Assembly (NCBI RefSeq): GCF_008254045.1
Contig: NZ_CP042425.1
Coordinates: 7,058,163-7,082,162 of the forward strand
DNA from: Limnoglobus roseus
GTDB taxonomy: Bacteria; Planctomycetota; Planctomycetia; Gemmatales; Gemmataceae
Direction of reading: 5' to 3'
DNA length: 24,000 bases
The first letter of the stretch is position 1, and every line of letters starts with the position of its first letter. Positions 16,204-24,000 of this stretch are shown here, in pieces. The position numbers and the translations under genes were made by a program. A model generated the notes under the pieces. The model saw only the letters and a list, made by a program, of their open reading frames with translations, searched no databases and was not told the origin of the DNA.

Positions 16204-16270
16204 GTACTTGTTTAGCGCCCCATCCGGCCCCAGGGCAGTCGAACGCGGGCTGATCTGGTAGTATCGCGGC

Positions 16271-17647
16271 ATGGACGAGCCTGCGTGTCCCCGCTGTCGG
16301 GATCTCCTCAAGCGTGTCGCCGAACTCGAAGCCCAGGTCGCCGAGTTGACCCGGAAGCTGGAGGAGGCCGTCCGCGCCGGCAAGCGACAGGCCGCCCCGT
16401 TCCGCAAGGGGCCGCCGAAGCCCGACCCAAAGCCGCCCGGCCGCAAGTCGGGCGACGCCCACGGCACTCACGGCCACCGTCCGCCGCCCCCGCCCGAGCA
16501 GGTCGCCGAGTGCCACGAGGCGCACCTGCCCGACGCCTGCCCCCACTGTCGGGGCCGCCTCGTCGAGACCGGCACCGCCGACCAGTATCAGACCGAGATC
16601 CCCCGCACGCCGCTGATCCGCAAGTTCCGCGTCCACGTCGGACACTGCGAGGGGTGCGGCAAGCGCACCCAGGGCCGGCACCCGCTCCAGACATCCGACG
16701 CCCTGGGTGCGGCCGCCAGCCAGGTCGGCCCCGACGCCCAGGCCGCGGCCGCGGTCCTGCACACCCAGATGGGCCTGTCGCACGGGAAGGTCGCGTCGGC
16801 CTTCCGGACCCTGTTCGGCATCACCCTGACCCGCGGGGCCAGCGCCCGGATCGACCTGCGGGCCGCGGCCCGGCTCGAACCGGACTACACGCTGATCCTC
16901 GACGACGTGCGGTCGTCCGAGCAGATCGCGGCGGACGAGACGGGGTGGCGGGTCGGAGGGCACCCGGCCTGGCTCCACGCCTGGGTCGGTGACCGTGCCA
17001 CCGCGTACGGCATCGACTCGAAGCGCAGTGCCGACGCCCTGGAGCGGGTGATCGGAGCGGACTGGTCGGGTGTCTTGAGCCACGACGGGTTCGCCTCCTA
17101 CGAGCGGTTCGAGGGGGCGATCCATCAGCAATGTGTGGCCCACGTGCTCCGCCGCGCCCGCGACCTGCTGGCGACCGCCACCCGCGGGGCCGTTCGCTTC
17201 CCGCGGCAGGTGATCGCGCTGTTCACCGAGGCGATCCACTGGCGGAACGGGTACGTGCCGGGGACGTGGACCGACAACCAACTCGACGCGCATCGGGTGT
17301 CGTTCGACGACCGCCTGCTGGATCTGGTGCGCCGACCGCGGGCGGTGCCGGAGTACGCTACTCTGGCGCGGCACCTGCGGAACCACTTCGAGCAGTGGTT
17401 CGCGTTCGTGTTCGACCCGCGGATCGAGCCGACGAACTGGAAGGCCGAGCAGGCGATCCGCCCGGCGGTAGTGAATCGTAAGGTCTGGGGTGGGAACCGG
17501 ACGGCGGCAGGTGCGCAGGCGCAGGGCGTACTGATGTCCGTGTTCGAGACGTGCCGCCGCCAGACGCTCTCGGTCGTGGACCACATCAGCCAGACGTTAC
17601 GCTGGTTCGGCAACCGGCTCCTGACACGCCCGCCGCTGTTCGGGTGA
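16271..17647 (+). CDS. IS66-family DDE transposase (458 aa), identical to 996..2372
   Basis: The translation in the track is identical, with the same motifs as copy 1. Confidence 0.85.
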   Translation: MDEPACPRCRDLLKRVAELEAQVAELTRKLEEAVRAGKRQAAPFRKGPPKPDPKPPGRKSGDAHGTHGHRPPPPPEQVAECHEAHLPDACPHCRGRLVETGTADQYQTEIPRTPLIRKFRVHVGHCEGCGKRTQGRHPLQTSDALGAAASQVGPDAQAAAAVLHTQMGLSHGKVASAFRTLFGITLTRGASARIDLRAAARLEPDYTLILDDVRSSEQIAADETGWRVGGHPAWLHAWVGDRATAYGIDSKRSADALERVIGADWSGVLSHDGFASYERFEGAIHQQCVAHVLRRARDLLATATRGAVRFPRQVIALFTEAIHWRNGYVPGTWTDNQLDAHRVSFDDRLLDLVRRPRAVPEYATLARHLRNHFEQWFAFVFDPRIEPTNWKAEQAIRPAVVNRKVWGGNRTAAGAQAQGVLMSVFETCRRQTLSVVDHISQTLRWFGNRLLTRPPLFG

Positions 17648-17814
17648 TGAACGAGCACCGGAAACGGAGGAAGGCCAGATGCGATTGCCGGAGAAAGAAT
17701 GCGTGAGCGGGAGAGAAGGAAGTCGTGTCCATTAGTCGCCAACAGGTGACCAACGGGAGAGCCGTTGGTACGTGCGTGGCGGCCAAGAAGAACCAGGAGC
17801 GAAGCGGAGCCGGA

Positions 17815-18384
17815 ATGGATAAGGAAGCAGTCGCGGTTGAATCCGTCCGCCAATTCGTGTGGTCGGGTTTTTACGATGCCGACGGGATCGTCGAGATGAT
17901 CGACGAGGCTGTGCTCAGCCCGGGTGAGCTTGATCACGGCTGGCTCCGAGCTCGCATCGAAGAGGAGTTCCGCAAGAAGCGTGCGGACGAGCTGGCCTGG
18001 CCAGCCATCACTGACTGTGACCGCTTGGATCAAGTCTTTGAGTTGTTGGAGCAGCAAGGCATTCTGGCGTTGCAGAACGCGGGCTATACCCAGGACAACG
18101 GCCTAGACGATGTGACTCAGTTCTACCACGAGGCTGGTGGTGAGCAGTCGGGCATCGGCGGCTACTGCTTCTACCACGGTCAGGATCTGGAGCGGGTCAT
18201 GGAGAACGGTGATCTTCATCTTACCTATGGCGATATCCGCGGCGACGACGAGAAAGGCATCGAAATAGGCCGACGGATCAAGCGAGCCTTGGAGACGGCC
18301 GGCTTCACCGTGGTTTGGGACGAGGCCATCAAGACACGCCTGCTAGTAAAGGGCATCAAATGGCAGAGACGGCTATCCGAGTAA
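17815..18384 (+). CDS. passenger gene of IS66-family copy 2, identical to 2540..3109
   Basis: The translation in the track is identical. Confidence 0.65.
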   Translation: MDKEAVAVESVRQFVWSGFYDADGIVEMIDEAVLSPGELDHGWLRARIEEEFRKKRADELAWPAITDCDRLDQVFELLEQQGILALQNAGYTQDNGLDDVTQFYHEAGGEQSGIGGYCFYHGQDLERVMENGDLHLTYGDIRGDDEKGIEIGRRIKRALETAGFTVVWDEAIKTRLLVKGIKWQRRLSE

Positions 18385-18539
18385 CCGATCGGCGAACGAG
18401 ACCCAACGAGTTGACCCGCTAAACAAGTACACTTCTTCATCGTTTGCCACATCAATCACACGACACGCCCAGACGGCAAGATGTCGAGCCTATGAATGGT
18501 GGGAGCATGAGATTTTAGAAACCCGAGCAGGTCTCGCCC

Positions 18540-19202
18540 TCACCCCTTCCCGAGCACGCCGTCGACGACCCAGCACCCGCGGACGTGAGGCCCGTCGCCG
18601 CGGCAGTGGCCCAGAATCGCTTCGTCCTCGCAACCGGCGTCCTGCAACGCATCCGCGAGGATCGGCAGGCGGTCGAAGGCACGATCTTCGTAGATGGCTT
18701 GGGCGAGGCCGACGGCGGTCGGGGTGAGCCAGGCGGGGGAGAAGGTGACGGGGCGGAACGGGTTGCCGAAGATGTCACGGAGCAACGGCCCTTGTTCTTC
18801 TCGCTCGTCTTCCGATTGCGGTGAAATCCCGCCCACGAGGCAGCCGGCGTACCACGAAGTCTCGACCGCCGAATGCCGACCCTGATTGCCGACCACCGCG
18901 CGGGCGAGCCGCCCTTCTACCGTTCCCAGCCACGCATCGTTCGCGAAGACCTTCCCGCGGACGATCTTGAGACGCCGACGGTCTTCGTTGTTCCTCGCGT
19001 CCACGAAACGCTCGACGGCATCCAACGCGATTGGCACCAGAGGGTGAGGGCACGAACGCTGCACCCGCCGGACGCAACCGACTGCAAATAGTCGGAACCG
19101 TCGGTCCGTGAATCCCATCGCCTTGAAATCGTTCGCTTGGTACGGGATGGACTGAATGAGGGCACGGGGATCACGCCACGCAAGCCACTGTTCCTCCGTC
19201 AT
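18540..19202 (-). CDS. hypothetical protein of a planctomycete/myxobacterial multi-copy paralog family
   Basis: N-terminus MTEEQWLAWRDPRALI...RRFRLFAVGCVRR and C-terminus LPILADALQDAGCEDEAILGHCRGDGPHVRGCWVVDGVLGK. I recognise these motifs from large paralogous families, but the family name is uncertain. Confidence 0.7.
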   Translation of the reverse strand: MTEEQWLAWRDPRALIQSIPYQANDFKAMGFTDRRFRLFAVGCVRRVQRSCPHPLVPIALDAVERFVDARNNEDRRRLKIVRGKVFANDAWLGTVEGRLARAVVGNQGRHSAVETSWYAGCLVGGISPQSEDEREEQGPLLRDIFGNPFRPVTFSPAWLTPTAVGLAQAIYEDRAFDRLPILADALQDAGCEDEAILGHCRGDGPHVRGCWVVDGVLGKG

Positions 19203-19284
19203 CGCCCACCCCCACCCTCTTGGGGGTCACGGGGTAACGATGGGCACCACGCAAGCCACTGTTCCTCCGTCATCGCCCACCCCC
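19176..19284. repeat. 38-bp direct repeat (19176-19213 and 19247-19284) duplicating the RBS region and first 9 codons of the 18540..19202 gene
   Basis: ccacgcaagccactgttcctccgtcatcgcccaccccc occurs twice at an offset of 71 bp. Confidence 0.85.
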
Positions 19285-19989
19285 CCCCGCGGTGATCCTA
19301 CCCGACGACGCGACCGGACGCGAGGGGTTTACGACTATGTGAACGGTGCCAGAATCCGACGGATGAAACGAAGTGGTAAACTGGCGGGTGAAATCGACTG
19401 CCGTTTCATCGCACGACGGCGGGGCCGAGAATCGTCACTCCGACTGCCGCCCGAAACGGCGTCTGGATTCGACGATCACTTCGCCCCGCCCCTTCCTTCA
19501 CTCCCACGACGACCGCCCACCGCCCGCGAGGACGAGGCCAGCAATCGACGCGATAAACCGGGGGTAGAAAGGGTGGCAACTTTCGCGACGGGAACGGGCC
19601 AGTGATTTCGACGGCCAGAAACGCACTCGATTCGCGACGGTCCAAATGGTGCAGGTGACGACGTGACGTTCATCCACTCGCGAGACGCGACGAAAACGAC
19701 CGCCGATTTTCCACAACACCCACGACCGCGAGGAACGACACCACTCTCACCCGCCAAAAACGGCCCCAATTTACCCCGTCAGAAATCGGCGTGAAAATTG
19801 GCCCCGAAAAACCCCGTCATTTCGGGCCGTCGGAACGATGCGTTTTCGGTAATACTTTGTTAAACTTCTTTTGGCGAAAAAAGAGCGTCGAAAAGGTGCG
19901 CCGGTACGCGGATGGTCTCCCCCTCCGGGACGCGCGTTCGGAAACCCTCCCCCCACCCCTGGCGGTGCCGTGACTGGTGCCACGTCTTC

Positions 19990-20187
19990 TCACTCACCGT
20001 CGTCGTCGTTCCTCTTCTCGTCGTCGCCCTGTCGCTCACGGCGTTCGGCGTCATCGGCGGCGGCTTGGAGTTCAGCGTCAGTCGGGGTCAGGCCCTTCAA
20101 CGCGAACTTGTACCTCAACTCGCGTTGGGCGATGTCCCGGCTTCGTGCGATACGGTTGGCCGTGCGAACCTCGCGGTCCACGTCCAT
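19990..20187 (-). CDS. small charged helical hypothetical protein (65 aa)
   Basis: MDVDREVRTANRIARSRDIAQRELRYKFALKGLTPTDAELQAAADDAERRERQGDDEKRNDDDGE is the C-terminal part of the 331-aa track ORF. The upstream part of that ORF looks like GC-driven noise. Confidence 0.4.
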   Translation of the reverse strand: MDVDREVRTANRIARSRDIAQRELRYKFALKGLTPTDAELQAAADDAERRERQGDDEKRNDDDGE

Positions 20188-20227
20188 CAGTTTGTGATAC
20201 GCCACGGGTGATCCTCGGCGGTGTGGG

Positions 20228-20539
20228 TTAGCGGATGCGACGGTGGGCCGGTACGCCGTTGCGATCGTCGGCCTCGCGACTCCGGGCGGCGGCACGGTCC
20301 TGTTCGTCGGCTCGGACGGCGGCCTCGGCGGCGGCCTTCTCTTCGGCACGGGTCGGCGGCTTCTTGCCTGCGATGGCGAGGCGGCCCCGGAGTTTGGCGA
20401 TAGTGATCCGTTTGAGGCGGTCGATACGGTCCCGCTCTCGTTGGTCGCGCTTGGCGTAGTGGGCGGCGAGGACGGCTTGTTCTTCTTTCTCGCGGAGTGA
20501 TAGCGGCACGGGTGGCCCTCGGTGGGAGTGAGGGCACAT
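20228..20539 (-). CDS. small Arg/Glu/Ala-rich hypothetical protein (up to 103 aa)
   Basis: LSLREKEEQAVLAAHYAKRDQRERDRIDRLKRITIAKLRGRLAIAGKK... is the C-terminal part of the 194-aa track ORF. The start codon is uncertain. Confidence 0.4.
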   Translation of the reverse strand: MCPHSHRGPPVPLSLREKEEQAVLAAHYAKRDQRERDRIDRLKRITIAKLRGRLAIAGKKPPTRAEEKAAAEAAVRADEQDRAAARSREADDRNGVPAHRRIR

Positions 20540-20606
20540 TGTGACATGAGGATGGAGCGGGACGTGGTGCTGAAGGACGGGGACGGGTAACGCTCTGAAT
20601 CCGGGA

Positions 20607-20948
20607 TTACGAACGGATGACGTGTAACGCGGCCAAGATCGCCTCGGCAAAGGATCGTCGGGCGAGGCCCTGTGCTCGCAACGTGACGTCGGCCAGATGG
20701 TGTCCGGTCTCGACGTGAGAGGGCCGGGACGGGTCGGTGAGTAACCTCGCATAGTCTTCGGCGGCGAGGACGGCGGCCGGCGAGAGACTGCCGAGGAACC
20801 ACCGGACCGCACTGAACGCCCGGCACTCGGCCAACGTGTCCATCCCAGCCCGCGCGAGTTCCCCGTCGGTGATCCACCCCCGCGAATACCCCGTGAACAG
20901 CCGCCGCATGCGATCCGGCCGATCGGGTTGTTTGTCTTCGCCCGCCAT
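20607..20948 (-). CDS. hypothetical protein (113 aa from ATG 20948)
   Basis: ORF from the track, trimmed to the internal start at MAGEDKQPDRP. No family recognised. Confidence 0.45.
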   Translation of the reverse strand: MAGEDKQPDRPDRMRRLFTGYSRGWITDGELARAGMDTLAECRAFSAVRWFLGSLSPAAVLAAEDYARLLTDPSRPSHVETGHHLADVTLRAQGLARRSFAEAILAALHVIRS

Positions 20949-21059
20949 AACTGACCCGAGAGCGTGAGGGAGAATACCGGAACAATTCGTCAGCAGTTCA
21001 CATTCCGACACGGTGCCGGAGGTGTCAGCCCGGAGTGCCCGGCACCGTGTTCGAACGGC

Positions 21060-21560
21060 TTACTTGTGCTGCAACTTCTTCACCATCTCGTGGTGCTCCT
21101 TGAGCGTCGGCAGCGTCTTCGCGGCGAACGCCTTCAGGTCCGGGTTCGTGGCCTCCTTGCTCGCCTTCTCGAACTCGGCGATGTCCTCCTCGTGGTCCTT
21201 GACCATGTCGTCGACGTAGTGCTTGTCGAACTCGGCCCCGGCCTTCATCGCCTTGAAGTGGTCGGCCGTCTTCTGGTGCTCGTCCATCAACTTGTCCGGC
21301 ACCGTGACCTTCGCGGCCTTGGCGATCTCCAGTAGCTTCAGGTTGGCGGTGGTGTGATCCGTAACCATTTTCGCGCCGAACTTCTTCACGCCGTCGCTCT
21401 GGCCCATCTTCTCGGCCAGTTCGCCCAACCGGACTTCGAGCATCCCGCCGCTCACGGCCTTCTTGATGAACGCGGCGTCGTCGAACGGCTTGTCCGCGGC
21501 CACGGCAGTCCCGGCTAGGAGGAGCAGGCCAATCCCGACGATCGCATGTCGCATTTGCAT
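21060..21560 (-). CDS. DUF4142-domain secreted protein (166 aa from ATG 21560)
   Basis: Signal peptide MQMRHAIVGIGLLLLAGTAVAA. The body FIKKAVSGGMLEVRLGELA...MVTDHTTANLKL...FDKHYVDDMVKDHEEDIAEFEKA...LKAFAAKTLPTLKEHHEM is typical DUF4142. Confidence 0.8.
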   Translation of the reverse strand: MQMRHAIVGIGLLLLAGTAVAADKPFDDAAFIKKAVSGGMLEVRLGELAEKMGQSDGVKKFGAKMVTDHTTANLKLLEIAKAAKVTVPDKLMDEHQKTADHFKAMKAGAEFDKHYVDDMVKDHEEDIAEFEKASKEATNPDLKAFAAKTLPTLKEHHEMVKKLQHK

Positions 21561-21706
21561 AACGGCACCTTGGGGAGTAAGAACGGGCCGGGAACCTCCT
21601 GCCAGTGTGGTGCCAGTACCGGCAATGTCGATAAGTTTGGGCAAAGTCCCGACACTGTGGCCGCCCGTCATTGGATCAACTCGACGTTTTGCAGACGGGG
21701 TGGACT

Positions 21707-22093
21707 TCAAAAACTGGCGGGGCCGGTCACGTCTTCACCCTTGAGGACGGCGAGCAGGCGTTCCGGATCGACCGGCTTCACGAGGTGGGCGTCGAACCCG
21801 GCCTTCCGGGTGGCCATCCGACTGCCCGCGTCCCCCATCGCGGTGACGGCGATGACCCGCATCAGGCCGGTAAGTTCCTCCCTTAGACGGCGGCCGAGTT
21901 CGACGCCGTTCATGCCCGGCATGGACAGGTCCAGGAGGCACACGTCCGGGCGGAACTCCGCGGCCACCGCGAGGGCGGTCACGCCACAGTGGCAAGCGCG
22001 GGCGTCGAACCCGTCCAAGTTGAGCAGGTCGGCGGTAGACACGGCCGCGTCTTGGTTGTCGTCCACGCACAGGACGCGGAGGGGGCGGTTCAT
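21707..22093 (-). CDS. single-domain CheY-like response-regulator receiver
   Basis: VLCVDDN (acidic pair), LLDLSMPGMNG (phospho-acceptor Asp), AVTA (Thr) and LVKP (Lys) are all present. No output domain and no adjacent kinase. Confidence 0.85.
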   Translation of the reverse strand: MNRPLRVLCVDDNQDAAVSTADLLNLDGFDARACHCGVTALAVAAEFRPDVCLLDLSMPGMNGVELGRRLREELTGLMRVIAVTAMGDAGSRMATRKAGFDAHLVKPVDPERLLAVLKGEDVTGPASF

Positions 22094-22186
22094 CGATTGT
22101 TCTCGCGGTGAAAGAACTCAGGCCGCGAGAGTCGAGCAGTTGACGTGCCGTGGTGCTGGCGATCGTCCGGATAGGCGTAACTCGGC

Positions 22187-22366
22187 CTACTGCCGCCACA
22201 GGTCGCGGAGGGGGTCGGTGCGTTCAGCCGGCCTTCGCTCCTCTCGCCCGTTTGTCGCCGCCTGTCGCATCAACGCGAGGCGGGTGCGGGCTTGCTGGTG
22301 GGCGGACTCGACGCGGGATTCACGTTCGCCGTCGGTCTGGGGTACGGCGTCGGTGGTGCGGTTCAT
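22187..22366 (-). CDS. possible small hydrophilic protein (59 aa)
   Basis: Internal ATG of the 119-aa track ORF. No clear RBS. Confidence 0.25.
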   Translation of the reverse strand: MNRTTDAVPQTDGERESRVESAHQQARTRLALMRQAATNGREERRPAERTDPLRDLWRQ

Positions 22367-22542
22367 GGAGATGGCTCGTGGTGGTGTGCCCGCGGCCCGG
22401 TCGGGGGCGGGCGGTGAGAGGTGAAGTGCAAAACCCTTGCCAATACTCCTGCGCGGGGGCGGGAGGTCGCTGCTGATCCGCACGGGACGCGGCAAACTGT
22501 AGGGGCATGAGCGGCGGGGGCACCATCCGACACCGGAGCGTG

Positions 22543-22788
22543 TCACGGCCGTTGCTCACCGTAGATCGAATCGAAGATCGCGCCGCCCTTGCGGTTCCGG
22601 TTCAACGTGTCGGCGTCGAACAGTTCGGTGTACCCGCAGCCCTTGCACGAGACGGCGAGCAATGACGACGAGGGGCCGCCGAAGAGGACGCTCCACCCCG
22701 AAATCGTCGGGACCGTCTTTACCACCCCGCCGGACGCCCTGCACTTCGCGCACACGAACCGGCGGGCGAGTTCATCGGTAATGGCCAC
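22543..22788 (-). CDS. zinc-ribbon protein (DUF2082/Zn_ribbon_13-like)
   Basis: FVCAKCRASGG...LLAVSCKGCGYTELFD gives two CxxC pairs with the characteristic 'C.NCGYTELY'-like ending. GTG start. Confidence 0.6.
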   Translation of the reverse strand: MAITDELARRFVCAKCRASGGVVKTVPTISGWSVLFGGPSSSLLAVSCKGCGYTELFDADTLNRNRKGGAIFDSIYGEQRP

Positions 22789-23185
22789 GGTGGCGACTCA
22801 GGGTTGAGAGGACACTTCCCCCGTGAAGTCCTTCGCGGGCCTCGGAACGCCATTTGGCGGGAAGCCCCTAAAATCGCATTACACGCACTTTTGTTCACGT
22901 CCACTCCTTTTTCCCGTCCGAGGGCCGATCGCCCGCGTATGGGCCAGCCAGGGCCACTAGTGGCCAAATGAATAGTGCCACCGACATCGCGGACGCTCAC
23001 GACGGCAACTGATTCACCCCCTCCCCTTCCCTGCCTGAACCACCGACCAGCCTGACCCACTGTAACCCGTCCAAGTCGTAATGCAGCCCCTGCAGGAATG
23101 ACGATATTCCGTTGATATCGCATGGCGGTTAATGCAACGCTTGCAAAGGGTCGATATGGTCACGAGTGCTTGAAAACCAGGCCAT

Positions 23186-23257
23186 TCGTAACCGAAGCGG
23201 TCAGGCTTCTGCTGTTTCATAAGCGATGGGTCGCCGGTTCAAACCCGGCCTCCGCTA
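23186..23257 (+). other. tRNA-like fragment or degenerate tRNA (canonical T-arm and 3' acceptor strand, CAT in a 7-nt loop, but no matching 5' acceptor strand)
   Basis: T-arm gccgg-ttcaaac-ccggc (23233-23249), then ctccgct + a. Possible D-stem gaag/cttc and anticodon-like loop ttCATaa. The anticodon stem is weak, and only 3 of 7 acceptor pairs form with 23185-23191. Confidence 0.35.
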
Positions 23258-23386
23258 TTAGTGAAATGACGACGTAAACGCTTTCTGCCGAAGCAGTTCC
23301 TGCTTTCCCTGGCGTTCGCCGGGTGCGGCTTCCGAACGACCGGTTTTGTGAAACACTTTCACAAAACCTTCTGAGGACCGTACTCA

Positions 23387-24000
23387 TGGCTCGTCCCCGA
23401 AAGTCTATTCCGTCCTATCTTCCCCACACCTCCGGCCAAGCCCGGGCGGTTTGGACCGACCGCACCGGAACCCGGCACTTTCGCATGCTCCCCGGCCCAT
23501 TCAACAGCCCGAAATCCCGGACGGCGTTCGGAACCCTCCTCCTGGAAATCGAAGCCGGGGCCAAAATAACGGCCGCCCCTAGTCCGACAGGGCTTTCCCT
23601 AGCAGAACTTATGCTCGCCTTCCTCGAACACGCCGAACGGCACTACCGCAAGCCAGATGGCAGGTCGACGAGCGAACTCGCCGAGTGCAAACTGATGGCC
23701 CGTGCGCTCCGAGAGCAGTACACCAACCTCCCTGCCGCCGAATTCGGGCCCCTGAAGCTCAAGGCGGTCCGGCAAGGGTGGGTCAACCGTGGCCTTTCCC
23801 GGTCCGAGTGCAACCGCCGGGCGAACCTCGTCCGGCGAATGTTCAAATGGGCGGCGGGCGAAGAACTCGTCGACGAATCCGTCCACCGTGGGCTCACCGC
23901 CGTCGTCGGGCTTCAGCGGGGACGGACGTCGGCCCGGGAAACGGAGCCCGTCCGTCCGGTCGAGGATGCCGTCGTCGACGCCACCTTGCTCTTTCTGACT
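23387..24000 (+). CDS. tyrosine recombinase / phage-type integrase, N-terminal part (runs off the window)
   Basis: Hand translation gives MARPRKSIPSYLPHTSGQARAVWTDRTGTRHFRMLPGPFNSPKSRTAFGTLLLEIE...LSLAELMLAFLEHAERHYRK...RRANLVRRMFKWAAGEELV. This is the N-terminal arm and SAM-like core-binding domain typical of planctomycete integrases. It is absent from the track because no stop is reached. Confidence 0.7.

Larger units (their letters stand above)
16204..18430 (+). mobile_element. IS66-family insertion sequence, copy 2 (2,227 bp), carrying the same passenger ORF
   Basis: Same terminal inverted repeats as copy 1. Its own 8-bp direct repeat ACTTCTTC at 16196-16203 and 18431-18438. All predicted proteins are identical to those of copy 1. 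Confidence 0.9.

Noticed and set aside
929-18430. Composite transposon formed by the two IS66 copies
   Set aside because: Each copy is flanked by its own matching 8-bp duplication (CGAAAAAG/CGAAAAAG and ACTTCTTC/ACTTCTTC). A composite insertion would instead show one duplication shared between the outer ends.
16191-18521. A 30-codon ORF (MSLLHRLPHQSHDTPRRQDVEPMNGGSMRF) that would be restored by removing IS66 copy 2
   Set aside because: It has no RBS, is very short and lies in a promoter-like AT-rich spacer. Unlike the copy 1 and IS3 cases, there is no downstream gene body to support a real disrupted gene.
19462-19474. TCTGGATTCGACG, which matches the conserved 5' region of tmRNA (ssrA)
   Set aside because: There is no GGGG 5' acceptor start upstream, no GGGG/AGGG after TTCGAC, and no tag-peptide reading frame ending in Ala-Ala-stop. 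There is also no T-arm or CCA-type 3' end within 300-450 nt downstream. It is treated as a chance match inside a TCGACG-rich repeat region.
22855-23257. Possible full-length tmRNA ending at the T-arm at 23233-23257
   Set aside because: The candidate 5' partner GGCGGGA at 22855 pairs imperfectly. The conserved GGATTCGAC box is absent, no plausible resume codon or tag ORF is present, and the 3' end is CTCCGCTA rather than a G3:U70-compatible CUCCA.
1-24000. CRISPR arrays, rRNA genes, and canonical toxin-antitoxin or restriction-modification gene pairs
   Set aside because: No regularly spaced short direct repeats, no rRNA-like sequence and no recognisable nuclease, methylase or toxin motifs were seen on either strand.

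Overview
This is GC-rich bacterial DNA. A prepilin-type DUF1559 / H-X9-DG protein and an 'MTEEQWLAW...HVRGCWVVD' paralog-family protein suggest a Gemmata-like planctomycete; that taxon call is inference only. The window is an accessory, mobile-element-rich region with three main parts.

(1) There are three recent IS insertions, all with intact target-site duplications (TSDs).
- Two copies of a 2,227-bp IS66-family element lie at 929-3155 and 16204-18430; they look identical (all predicted ORFs are identical and both ends match by eye). Each has 14-bp perfect terminal inverted repeats and its own 8-bp TSD, and each carries an extra 189-aa passenger gene downstream of the transposase.
- A 1,238-bp IS3-family element lies at 6353-7590 with a 3-bp TSD.
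- Removing the insertions in silico shows that IS66 copy 1 splits an AT-rich gene, and the IS3 sits after codon 3 of a DUF883/ElaB-like gene.

(2) A compact phage-derived module lies at 9002-14372. It contains an XRE repressor-like gene that is divergent from a SWIM zinc-finger gene across a 31-33-bp near-perfect palindrome embedded in two fully overlapping consensus-like promoters. These are followed by a sigma-70-family factor, an intrinsic terminator, an 840-aa tape-measure-domain protein, and two small tandem paralogs. No capsid, terminase or other tail genes are visible.

(3) The right part holds a block of apparently non-coding DNA with short direct repeats and several small minus-strand genes. 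It also holds a DUF4142 protein, an orphan CheY-like receiver, a Zn-ribbon protein, a tRNA-like 3' fragment, and the 5' part of a tyrosine integrase running off the window, which probably marks an island boundary.

Housekeeping-type content is limited to an ArsR-type regulator, an alpha/beta hydrolase and membrane or secreted hypothetical proteins. I see no CRISPR array, no rRNA and no recognisable canonical defence system. The best novelty candidates are the passenger-carrying IS66 derivative and the regulator/sigma/tape-measure mini-module. All family calls come from motif recognition by eye; no searches were run. Many long ORFs in the six-frame track are antisense or overlapping artefacts of the high GC content.
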